Part shown: piece by piece, positions 29,012-37,300 of the stretch | How positions within the stretch are numbered: the first letter of the stretch is position 1 | Layout: every line of letters begins with the position of its first letter | DNA from: Candidatus Omnitrophota bacterium | GTDB lineage: Bacteria; Omnitrophota; Gorgyraeia; JABMRG01 | Reading direction: 5' to 3' | NCBI GenBank assembly: GCA_042577545.1 | Contig: JBHPDT010000003.1 | Coordinates: forward strand, 1-59,172 | DNA length: 59,172 nucleotides | Notes under the pieces: model-generated | What the model was told of the DNA's origin: nothing | What the model saw: only the letters and a program-made list of their open reading frames with translations | Databases searched by the model: none | Translations under genes and position numbers: made by a program

Positions 29012-29035
29012 AAACTGTTATTATACTAACAGTTT
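29012..29035. promoter_or_regulatory. Perfect palindrome overlapping a TATAAT: candidate MarR operator
   Basis: AAACTGTTA-ttatac-TAACAGTTT sits 28 nt upstream of the marR ATG. On the minus strand the loop and arm read GTTAGTATAATAAC, which contains TATAAT. An AAGGAG RBS follows. Confidence 0.6.
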
Positions 29036-29269
29036 AACATCGAACGATATCATTGTCAAGGCTCAAAAATTAAAAAAGCTCTTATCGACCGATCTGATCA
29101 AAAAGAGCAATTTGCAATAATGCCATAATGAGATATTTGCTTTATTTTTCAATAAATTTTTATATCCTCTTTTCAACGTATAGTCTTTTATAGCATTATT
29201 TTGATTAGCATATTTTCATAACTTCATATTCAATAGATAGTTATACATTATATGATGTTGCTCAAATAG

Positions 29270-29433
29270 CTAACAATGCTCGTATAATACTGCACCCATC
29301 GGCCATCCAAATGTCCGCAGGTACATTTTCTTTGTATCTTTATTCATATCAGTAACTTACAAAATTATCTTAAAGTGTCTAAAACTGTCTGAGCCGATGA
29401 AATATATACGACTTGAGCACATTTTTGATACTT
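29270..29433 (-). repeat. Cassette-boundary repeat, copy a: 27-bp core plus decayed miaB-like 5' mini-ORF
   Basis: Core GTGTCTAAAACTGTCTGAGCCGATGAA lies at 29375-29401. The minus-strand mini-ORF 29347-29270 reads MNKDTKKMYLRTFGWPMGAVLYEHC*. Compare MiaB ..VFIKTYGCQMNERDSE. Confidence 0.75.
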
Positions 29434-29435
29434 TT

Positions 29436-29795
29436 TTACTCTGATTTTATCGTATTTCTCCATTTTATCAGGCTCTCAATGTCTAAGACTGTAAAAACAG
29501 GATAATTTCTATAATCACGTCTCGGTTTACACCAGCCTTTCTTGATCCAGTAATAAATTGTCTGACGATGAACCTTTAAAATTCTAGCTACCTGTGTCAG
29601 GTTGCACCATCTAGCCAGCCTTTTTCTATATATTCGAAACACCTTGTCATCGACTTCTTCAGTTTTACTGTCTACTTCATATTCGTTTTCATTGCGTCTC
29701 TCTAATATTCCATATGAGCACTTTACATCTGCTTCTAGCAATATTTGAAGAACCTTTTGAAGCCTCTGTCGCTCTTCGTTGCTATAAAAAACCAA
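29436..29795 (-). CDS. Excisionase/MerR-type HTH DNA-binding protein (paralogue of 36458-36880)
   Basis: NLTQVARILKVHRQTIYYWIKKGWCKPRRDYRNYPVFTVLDIESLIKW. The only in-frame start is TTG and the protein has no internal Met. A conserved 11-codon ATG uORF overlaps the start. Confidence 0.7.
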   Translation of the reverse strand: MVFYSNEERQRLQKVLQILLEADVKCSYGILERRNENEYEVDSKTEEVDDKVFRIYRKRLARWCNLTQVARILKVHRQTIYYWIKKGWCKPRRDYRNYPVFTVLDIESLIKWRNTIKSE

Positions 29796-29813
29796 ATCTT
29801 TTTTTAAAACCGC

Positions 29814-30326
29814 TCATACTACCTCCCTTTCCCTTTGCGCAAGAGCTTTATCAAATCTCTTCATACAAACTACAAGCAATGCAACAATAATCATGGGCAC
29901 CATATTGCGAAATAAGACCGAAACAAACGGAGAAAGGTATTCATGAATCTGCGGGAGAGAAACTTCGGATTTTATTCCCGCATCTGAAACAATCTCACGC
30001 ACCCTATACTTTGATTCAACATAACCGGCTCCACCTTCAATAACAGTGCCATCTGAAAATAACACTTTAAGTTTATAACTCCATTCTCCGGCAACTTGAA
30101 TTTGCACATCTTTCGTCTCACCTCTGTCGACACCGTTAAAATCACGCGTTGTCTTGTCAACACCTATGAGTTGGAATGACTCGATATCTTTGTTTGATAC
30201 ATTTTTTACTTCGATTTCAACAGGAGAAGGAGGAAATACTATATGATTGATTACACCCATAGAACCATTGACAATTGTCCCTATGAAAACAATCAATATC
30301 GCATATCTGAATCTCATATAAATCAT
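29814..30326 (-). CDS. Membrane-anchored hypothetical protein
   Basis: 170 aa with N- and C-terminal hydrophobic helices. No recognisable motif. Confidence 0.5.
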   Translation of the reverse strand: MIYMRFRYAILIVFIGTIVNGSMGVINHIVFPPSPVEIEVKNVSNKDIESFQLIGVDKTTRDFNGVDRGETKDVQIQVAGEWSYKLKVLFSDGTVIEGGAGYVESKYRVREIVSDAGIKSEVSLPQIHEYLSPFVSVLFRNMVPMIIVALLVVCMKRFDKALAQREREVV

Positions 30327-30333
30327 CCCCTCT

Positions 30334-31251
30334 CTATTTTTCTTTTGGCCGAATATGAAAAACCGTGATTTCCGGCCGCGCCCAAAATCTTATTCTGGGA
30401 ACACATCCGCCCTCCATTCCGATTCCTCTATTTACATATACAACCTTCCCGTCAACATCATATCGCCCGGATTCGTATTTTTTCCCGTATTTTGAAAGCG
30501 TAACTAATGCGCCATAAAACGGAATGGCAACTTGGCCACCATGGGTGTGACCGGATAAAAACAAATCAACGGGAACATCTTTTACTTCTTCATTTATACC
30601 CGGGTAATGGTATAAGAGAATGTTATAAACAGCTGGCCTTAATCGATCCAAAAATGATAAATTGGCACTATAGCCAACGTCTAATCCAGATATTGAGAAA
30701 GTCTCACCGTCTTTTGATAAAGTCATTGATTGCCCATCTAGCTCACTAAATCCTGTATGCTCAAATAAATCCAGCGCATTCCAATACCAGACATCAAAAT
30801 TGCCTTTTACCGCATACTTCCCAATCCTAGCCTTCAAAGATGATAATGTTTCCCTGAATGCTTGTAAGGAACGCGGCGTATTTAGCGCATCACCGGTAAA
30901 TACAATAATGTCTGGGGTTAGCGCGTTTATAATAAGAGGAAGTTTTGTTTCATTACGTATCTTTTCATCACAATGCAAATCTGAAATTTGAACGATTGTT
31001 AGTTCAGATTCCTTTAGTTTATCCGTTCTAATTTCAATATGCTTCGTTTCAATCCAATACGGCTCGATAAAATAACTGTATGCAAAGCACAGAATACCCG
31101 TGACTGCAATGATATGAACCACATTCGCAAACCAGCTGTGAGCGATAACTTTTCTCTTAATGAAATAAAAAACATACCCGATCTCAATTGCGTAGATAAC
31201 CACCCAAAAAAAAATAAATATTAGTGCTGATATCAGCTCGTCTGCTCTCAT
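30334..31251 (-). CDS. Membrane-anchored metallophosphoesterase (calcineurin-like, YkuE/YaeI type)
   Basis: Two N-terminal TM segments, then SDLHCDE, TGDALN, GNFD and GHTHGGQ. Confidence 0.8.
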   Translation of the reverse strand: MRADELISALIFIFFWVVIYAIEIGYVFYFIKRKVIAHSWFANVVHIIAVTGILCFAYSYFIEPYWIETKHIEIRTDKLKESELTIVQISDLHCDEKIRNETKLPLIINALTPDIIVFTGDALNTPRSLQAFRETLSSLKARIGKYAVKGNFDVWYWNALDLFEHTGFSELDGQSMTLSKDGETFSISGLDVGYSANLSFLDRLRPAVYNILLYHYPGINEEVKDVPVDLFLSGHTHGGQVAIPFYGALVTLSKYGKKYESGRYDVDGKVVYVNRGIGMEGGCVPRIRFWARPEITVFHIRPKEK

Positions 31252-31610
31252 TTCTGACCTTGATTGCTGTTGAGAGGAAATGTTTTCAGACTAACCAAAT
31301 GTTTTCTCCACCGAAAACCCCTTGATTGCTCCTCCCAAACAATGCGTTTTTCCACCACCAAGTCATCGTCAAAATCCTCAAAATAGCTATCGACATACCT
31401 TCGGCCATTCCTGTCCCAATCTGTTATATATACATGTCCTCGGACTCCGTAAGGTATGCCTTGCCAGGTCTGCGTAACAATTAGCTTAAAGGAATTATCA
31501 GGTGCCTTAATTTCGTACAGTTCCTTTTCATCAATCGACGTTCCGCATCCGCATAAAACAAGACAAATAGAGATGAATGAAAAAATAATCAAGTGTTTCT
31601 TCAAGTTCAC
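31248..31610 (-). CDS. Probable lipoprotein, unknown function
   Basis: 120 aa. Signal peptide with Cys-containing lipobox-like ICLVLCGCG. It has a 4-nt overlap with the downstream gene. Confidence 0.5.
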   Translation of the reverse strand: MNLKKHLIIFSFISICLVLCGCGTSIDEKELYEIKAPDNSFKLIVTQTWQGIPYGVRGHVYITDWDRNGRRYVDSYFEDFDDDLVVEKRIVWEEQSRGFRWRKHLVSLKTFPLNSNQGQK

Positions 31611-31618
31611 AACCCCAT

Positions 31619-32719
31619 CTACTCCTTACCCTTGTCTCCGAATGCTTCAAGTAATCGTCGTTCTTTTCTCATTTCTTTGATCAATTCCGCCTCTGTAGGC
31701 AGATACAATTTATAACGGGAAGCAAAAATCTGCCTATTGTCCTTCGAGAGTGTATATCGGACAACCGCATCTTTCTTGCCTTCACACAGTAATAAACCAA
31801 CGGTTGGATTATCATCCTGTTGTATCAACTCTCGGTCGTAATAATTCACATACATCTGTATTTGTCCAATATCTTGATGGGCAAGCTTGCCGATCTTAAG
31901 ATCGATAAGAATATAGCATTTTAAGATCGTGTTATAGAAAACCAGATCGATGTAAAAATGGTCTCCTTCTAAAGATATTCGCTTCTGGCGGGCAACGAAG
32001 GTAAACCCTTTGCCTAACTCAAGCAGAAATTTTGACAAATTATCTATAAGGGCTTGTTCCAGTTTGCTTTCATAGAGTTTTGTCTGTGGTGATAGGCCGG
32101 TAAATTCCAAAACATACGGATCCTTGATCATGTCCTCATAATTCGCAAGTTCCTGCCCTTTTTGAGCCAACTTCATCAGGCCCTTTTTATCCTTACTTAA
32201 CGCAAGACGCTCAAAAAGCAGGGATCCCTTCTGCCGTTCAAGTTCCCGGGCCGACCAGTTATTCTTTATGCACTCAATCTCATAAAATGACCGTGCTTCG
32301 GTTTTCTCTATGCGCATCAGAATTCGATAGTGGGTCCAGCTCAATTCGTGACGCAGTGCGTCACATTTTGGATAAGTCATATAAAAGAACCTTATATTTC
32401 TCAAGTTTGACTCGTCAAAACCCCTCCCAAAATCACCCGTCAAACGCTCAGCAAGACCTTTAAGGAGTTGCTGCCCGTAATTAGCGCGCGCTTTCCCTTG
32501 CTGTTCTTCTTCTACAATTTCGCGTCCAATTTGCCAATAGGCGGTCACCATTTCGGTATTTACGGCATGTGCTATATTGCTTCTGGCATTTTCAATAATG
32601 GCCCGTATTCGTTGGTAGAATTTCATTTGTACCTTGCCACCTCTTACAACACCTTTTCTGCCAGATCTTTTGATTGCGGGCACATCGTTTCTTCTTGTTT
32701 TTCGGACACTTTTTTTCAT
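31619..32719 (-). CDS. YhcG-like PDDEXK nuclease (DUF1016 family)
   Basis: AVNTEMVTAYWQIGREIVEEEQ, LSWTHYRILM, and the C-terminal nuclease core GDHFYIDLVFYNTILKCYILIDLKIGKLAHQDIGQIQMYVNYY. The true start may be the internal MKFYQRI. Confidence 0.8.
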   Translation of the reverse strand: MKKSVRKTRRNDVPAIKRSGRKGVVRGGKVQMKFYQRIRAIIENARSNIAHAVNTEMVTAYWQIGREIVEEEQQGKARANYGQQLLKGLAERLTGDFGRGFDESNLRNIRFFYMTYPKCDALRHELSWTHYRILMRIEKTEARSFYEIECIKNNWSARELERQKGSLLFERLALSKDKKGLMKLAQKGQELANYEDMIKDPYVLEFTGLSPQTKLYESKLEQALIDNLSKFLLELGKGFTFVARQKRISLEGDHFYIDLVFYNTILKCYILIDLKIGKLAHQDIGQIQMYVNYYDRELIQQDDNPTVGLLLCEGKKDAVVRYTLSKDNRQIFASRYKLYLPTEAELIKEMRKERRLLEAFGDKGKE

Positions 32720-32725
32720 TATTTC

Positions 32726-32938
32726 TTACAACTCCTTTCCATTATGTGTGTTGCAACTCAATGAATGCCACTCAAATATGGAATAATAGTCGTATAATAC
32801 TGCGTCCATCTGACAACCAAAAGTCTTCAGGTAAATTTTCTTCCTATCTTCTTTCATATCAATGCCTTATAATTTCAGTGTCACGTGTCTAAAACTGTCT
32901 AAACCGATGAACGAGCAGGACGCTAATTTTTGTTAACT
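32726..32938 (-). repeat. Cassette-boundary repeat, copy b
   Basis: Core GTGTCTAAAACTGTCTAAACCGATGAA lies at 32885-32911. Mini-ORF 32857-32726 reads MKEDRKKIYLKTFGCQMDAVLYDYYSIFEWHSLSCNTHNGKEL*. Its end supplies the RBS of yhcG. Confidence 0.75.
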
Positions 32939-33011
32939 CCTCACAATTCAATGTGTTAAGTGTATTTTTGCTGTTTTCCAAAATCATCGCCCCTCAATGT
33001 GTTTTTCCAAA

Positions 33012-33815
33012 TCAATCCAATGTCCGCACAACATCATGTGAACATACAGAGCATTTTCCTTTCAATACTTCCATGCCTTCACGTGTTGTTTTAGAGAAAT
33101 CAATCATAGTTACCACATCTCTGCATTGTCCACAATAAACATTATCTAAGATCATTTTTTGTGTTTCAGGCGGCAAGTTGCTCCATTTGCGTTCAGGGAC
33201 AAACGTCGGGGCATCATTTTCTGAAAAATCATCCTCAAGCATATCTGATAAATCTACAGGATCGCGCATTCCTTCTGTGGCTTTTTCTTTGTTGAAGTGT
33301 TCCGCTTCAAAATCTCCCGCCCATGTTTTCATGCTTTCGTATTCATCATGTTTTGGATCAAATAATATCTTAAGCAAGCGATAATACCCGGGAGAGGAAC
33401 CACAATCATCCGGAGGGCAGGCCCGGGCACCGTCAACACATCTTGGATACGTTACCCCTTTCTTCTTGTTCTCTATCGCTTCCAGCATGATTGTATGTTC
33501 CCAGTTATCGCCAAAGTCATACGTATAGTCTACCTTCGTATTATTCTCTAAAAAGTAATCACTTAACTTCTTATCTTTTTCTTCCCATTCCGGCGGATCT
33601 CCAAATTCACAAGCTTCTTCACCTGTATTACCTATCCTGAAATTACCAGCACTGAATTCATGCAGATGTGAATTTGTCCAGCCCATTGCTTCTTGAATTA
33701 TAAGATGAAACTCATAAAACGTAATATTGCTCTCGACTTCGATTAGTCTCCATATTTGAGGCAGAATATCGTCAAGTATAATTTTTAATCTAAATACTTT
33801 CTTTGCCATAAACAT
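33012..33815 (-). CDS. pRiA4b ORF-3-like family protein with C-terminal zinc-ribbon
   Basis: FRLKIILDDILPQIWRLIEVESNITFYEFHLIIQEAMGWTNSHLHEF is typical of the PRiA4_ORF3 family. The C-terminus has CGQC...CSVC. Confidence 0.7.
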   Translation of the reverse strand: MFMAKKVFRLKIILDDILPQIWRLIEVESNITFYEFHLIIQEAMGWTNSHLHEFSAGNFRIGNTGEEACEFGDPPEWEEKDKKLSDYFLENNTKVDYTYDFGDNWEHTIMLEAIENKKKGVTYPRCVDGARACPPDDCGSSPGYYRLLKILFDPKHDEYESMKTWAGDFEAEHFNKEKATEGMRDPVDLSDMLEDDFSENDAPTFVPERKWSNLPPETQKMILDNVYCGQCRDVVTMIDFSKTTREGMEVLKGKCSVCSHDVVRTLD

Positions 33816-33828
33816 TTCTCCCTTTAAA

Positions 33829-34527
33829 TCAAACCATTAACAACTTATCAGGCGTTCCGCCATATATGTCCGGTGTCAAATCTGATTGCCAGTATTCTTT
33901 TGAATCAACATTCATAATTGTGAGTTTGCCTGACCAGCCCGCGCCGGTATCAAGATTCCAGACATTACACACATGAATCGGCTGTAATGTGTTATAAAGC
34001 TCGGTTGTTGTGTGACCGACAAATATGTCCTTGTACTTGCCTAATTGGTACTTATGACCATCAATCTGCTTCTTCCACGCCATATCAAGGAGTGTTCTAT
34101 CCCAGACTAAAGTCTGCGCACTATGACTTTTGAGCGATGCATCGGGATTGAATCCGCCATGTACAAATATCTGATTGTCGCATTCAATCCAAAGCTCTCC
34201 GCTTTTCAAAAAATCAATATGAGCCTTTGGCATAGGCTCGCCGTCATATGAAGCCATGGTTCTGTTGCCACCCTGGCTTGTCCATATTTCCGGCATATCT
34301 CCTTTTAACGCCCAATCAAGTGCCCACATATCATGATTGCCAATGACCAGATCGCAATGTTTAATCTTTAAAAGCTCATCAATACACTGCTTGACTTCTG
34401 GATAACCGTCGCAAACATCACCCATCACAATAAGCCGGTCTTTCTCATAATCAAACTCCGACCGCTCAAAGCACTGAATCATTGCCTTATAGGCGCCGTG
34501 AATGTCGCCGATAGCGAGGGTTCTCAT
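33829..34527 (-). CDS. PPP-family Ser/Thr (lambda/ApaH-like) metallophosphatase
   Basis: GDIHG, GDVCDGYP, GNHD, VHGG and GHT. Start trimmed to MRTLAIGDIHG, whose ATG (34527-34525) overlaps the abiEii TGA (ATGA coupling). Confidence 0.8.
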   Translation of the reverse strand: MRTLAIGDIHGAYKAMIQCFERSEFDYEKDRLIVMGDVCDGYPEVKQCIDELLKIKHCDLVIGNHDMWALDWALKGDMPEIWTSQGGNRTMASYDGEPMPKAHIDFLKSGELWIECDNQIFVHGGFNPDASLKSHSAQTLVWDRTLLDMAWKKQIDGHKYQLGKYKDIFVGHTTTELYNTLQPIHVCNVWNLDTGAGWSGKLTIMNVDSKEYWQSDLTPDIYGGTPDKLLMV

Positions 34528-35438
34528 TCCCACCCCTTCGGGGACTTCCATGTTTTATCGAATTTAACATTTTCGTTAAGTGCCATAATAGGCTCATAAA
34601 GAAAATTCTCTATTCCTTTAGCTGTAACTGACAATGTGTCCGGAGCATGCTGGATATCTCCTTTTTTCAGAAACGCGCTCCAGAGCGCTTGTCTATCCGA
34701 TTTCTCGTCATAAATTTCATCAGCAAACAAAGGTTTATTTTGAGGAACATCTGTTTTTCGATGTTTAAATGTTTTCTTTATTGCCTCAACAATATTTGCT
34801 CCCTTAAATTCAAACTGTCTCATCATAAGCCATATATCATAAAAATCTTTCATCCTGCTATTCAAAAGCCCAAGTTTAATCATGGCTTCAAATTTTTCAC
34901 TTATCACGCTCTCTTGTGGATACCCATTCAAATGAGGTTTAGGGAAATCAAGGATAACCGGATAATCAACAACCCTAATCTTTGGATGAACAATATCTCC
35001 AAAGCCAACATCGATCTGCATCGGAATGCGCGCGCGTTCTAAGAACCCGGTAAATTTCACTCGCACACCTTCATAGTCAGCATCTTCTTTAATCTTTTGG
35101 CCTTGAACAACTGACGAATCAAACATAAGCCCATCAGGAGCTACAGTAATATTGCACACATCTTTTATCACTGTTTCGATAGCTGCTACTTGATTGTCGA
35201 AACGACCCAAGAAATCAATATCAAGCGTGGTTCGTCTTTCGGGTATTTTCCACACCGCGAATAAAAGCGCGCCTTTTAACACAAATTTATCAGCATATTT
35301 TGATTTGCTGAAACGGTACAGAAATCTTTCCATACCGTAATACCGCAATATTTCCGCAAAAGGACGATTTGTTTCTTTCGCTTTATTTTGAAGCTGAGCC
35401 TTAACCGAAGCTTCTATATTTTTTACTTCTTTTTTCAT
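34524..35438 (-). CDS. abiEii: AbiEii/AbiGii-family nucleotidyltransferase toxin
   Basis: ASVKAQLQNKAKETNRPFAEILRYYGMERFLYRFSKSKYADKFVLKGALLF...TTLDIDFLG is a typical DUF1814/AbiEii N-terminus. Confidence 0.85.
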   Translation of the reverse strand: MKKEVKNIEASVKAQLQNKAKETNRPFAEILRYYGMERFLYRFSKSKYADKFVLKGALLFAVWKIPERRTTLDIDFLGRFDNQVAAIETVIKDVCNITVAPDGLMFDSSVVQGQKIKEDADYEGVRVKFTGFLERARIPMQIDVGFGDIVHPKIRVVDYPVILDFPKPHLNGYPQESVISEKFEAMIKLGLLNSRMKDFYDIWLMMRQFEFKGANIVEAIKKTFKHRKTDVPQNKPLFADEIYDEKSDRQALWSAFLKKGDIQHAPDTLSVTAKGIENFLYEPIMALNENVKFDKTWKSPKGWE

Positions 35439-36037
35439 ATCATAGTTTCCAGTATTGGTTTAATGATTTTATCCACACGGCAAACCTTCGCATACTCCAT
35501 AATATCTTTGGGCTTAACGCGCTTTTCAGTAACAGCAATTTTAAGCGCTTCTCTGGCCACATTAATCCCGATCCGACTACGAAACTTGAAACAATCAGCT
35601 ACTGTTTTTGCCAGGCAGTAAATTTTAATTTTATGCCCCTCTATCTGGTGTGTTTCTACACCCGCTTTCCATGCCTCGAAAGCAAACCGGTAAAATCTTA
35701 CGGGAGGATATTTAACCCGAATTTCGTGCGAACCGCGTGGTATCGCGACATCAACATATTTTGGTATCTCATTTGTTGCCTCATGAAAGGTAAGCGCAGA
35801 AATAAGGCATACTATTCCTTTTGGAATTTTAATTGAAATAGCTATAAGGTCGGGGTTAGAAAAAGACATACCTTCCGAAAGGCTATAAAGCCCTCTATCC
35901 AGTCTTGTAATATTTTCATTCTTGAGGCTAACTTTAATAAGGGCCTTATTGAATCCCGCCTTATCGAGTTCAGAGAAACTAGCCATTCCTCCTTTTTGCT
36001 TAAGAAATTGAATAAGTTCTGCTTCTTTTGATCCCAT
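35435..36037 (-). CDS. abiEi: AbiEi-family antitoxin/transcriptional regulator
   Basis: 200 aa with N-terminal wHTH and LDRGLYSL. It overlaps abiEii by 4 nt. Confidence 0.8.
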   Translation of the reverse strand: MGSKEAELIQFLKQKGGMASFSELDKAGFNKALIKVSLKNENITRLDRGLYSLSEGMSFSNPDLIAISIKIPKGIVCLISALTFHEATNEIPKYVDVAIPRGSHEIRVKYPPVRFYRFAFEAWKAGVETHQIEGHKIKIYCLAKTVADCFKFRSRIGINVAREALKIAVTEKRVKPKDIMEYAKVCRVDKIIKPILETMI

Positions 36038-36058
36038 TTTTTATACTCCTTATTTATT

Positions 36059-36101
36059 TACACTTGTGAATAAGTGTAGAGCATTAGGAATACATTGTCA
36101 A
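36059..36101 (-). promoter_or_regulatory. abiE promoter with overlapping inverted-repeat operator
   Basis: Minus strand reads TTGACA (36101-36096), a 17-nt spacer, then TACACT (36078-36073). The inverted repeat TACACTT-gtgaat-AAGTGTA (36059-36078) overlaps the -10. AbiEi proteins are known autorepressors that bind promoter inverted repeats. Confidence 0.6.
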
Positions 36102-36314
36102 GTGCTATTTTACGCAAGAATCAGTTCCAAAGGGTTATTCCATCTTAATCAACGCCTCTTTTATCTTCCGTCTATAGTACAGCCATCTCTCAACAGAGGC
36201 AGTCAAGAATTATAACTATTTGCTATCTGCTATTTATTTTTGTATCCCCTTCACTCCCAAATATTTATCATCTTTAAAACCTTCAATATCATCGTGCGGA
36301 ACTTACACATACGG

Positions 36315-36440
36315 TCACCCAAATGTCTTGAGGTAAATTTTTCTCGCATCTTCTTTCATTTCAATCCCTTACAGAATCATGCCCAAGTGTCTAAAACTGT
36401 CTAAGCCGATGAATGAGCATGACGCTTATTTTTGTTAACT
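36315..36440 (-). repeat. Cassette-boundary repeat, copy c
   Basis: Core GTGTCTAAAACTGTCTAAGCCGATGAA lies at 36387-36413. Mini-ORF 36359-36315 reads MKEDARKIYLKTFG followed by TGA. The flank GACGCTTATTTTTGTTAACT is shared with copy b. Confidence 0.75.
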
Positions 36441-36457
36441 TTATGTCCATAAATGAG

Positions 36458-36880
36458 TTATGTGCGTTTTTCCCTTTTTTGAACATCATCGGCTCGTAAT
36501 AAGTTTTTCCATTCGATTAATCGCTCTATGTCTAAAACTGTAAAAACAGGATATCCTTTAAAATCTCGTCTGGGTTTAATCTGTTTTTTCTTAATCCAAT
36601 AGTAAAGTGTCTGACGATGAACCCGTAATATTCTTGCTGTTTGCGTTAAATTATATTTTTTAACTGACCTGCATTGAATTTTCTGGAATTTCTTTTCATG
36701 GCTCTCTTCTATTTGCTTATCAATGCGCTGTTCTTTTTCTCTCTTTTTTGCAAATAACTGATCTAATCGCTTTTTATCCGCCTCAAACAATATTTCTAAA
36801 ACTCTTTCATATCTTTGCTGCTCCTCACTCCCGCAAGGAAAAACCTTTACAACCTTCTCCTTCTTTTTACGTATAACCAA
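36458..36880 (-). CDS. Excisionase/MerR-type HTH DNA-binding protein (paralogue of 29436-29795)
   Basis: NLTQTARILRVHRQTLYYWIKKKQIKPRRDFKGYPVFTVLDIERLIEW. It has a TTG start overlapped by the conserved uORF. Confidence 0.7.
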   Translation of the reverse strand: MVIRKKKEKVVKVFPCGSEEQQRYERVLEILFEADKKRLDQLFAKKREKEQRIDKQIEESHEKKFQKIQCRSVKKYNLTQTARILRVHRQTLYYWIKKKQIKPRRDFKGYPVFTVLDIERLIEWKNLLRADDVQKREKRT

Positions 36881-36970
36881 ATCCTTTTAAAAAACCGTTC
36901 ATTCGCACTTCCTCCTTTATATCTTCCCCATACAGTCATCCTGACATATTACTGATTCCCATATATATCG

Positions 36971-37300
36971 TTAAAAAAAAGAATGCATAAGTTTCTCAGT
37001 CTTCTGAAAAATTGCATCCTTCATCTCCTTTCTTTCGAGAATGCCTTGAGCCAATGCTCTGGCTACGGCAACATGAGCCTCCCACATATTGTAAAACTTC
37101 CATAGATCTCTTGATATCCCATTATGAAAATTGTGGATCTCATCGGTAAGATCAAACGGTGTCATTCCCCCTAACTTCCAGTTTTTAAATTTTTCATTTA
37201 AATCATCCAAAGCGCTTTTAAGCTCACGCTCATACGCTAATCCTGTCAATTTCTTCAGTTCCTTTTTTTCAGCCTTAGTAAAATCGACCATTATTCTCAC
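36971..37300 (-). CDS. Hypothetical protein
   Basis: 109 aa with a 4-nt overlap with the upstream SWIM gene. No recognisable motif. Confidence 0.5.
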   Translation of the reverse strand: MRIMVDFTKAEKKELKKLTGLAYERELKSALDDLNEKFKNWKLGGMTPFDLTDEIHNFHNGISRDLWKFYNMWEAHVAVARALAQGILERKEMKDAIFQKTEKLMHSFF

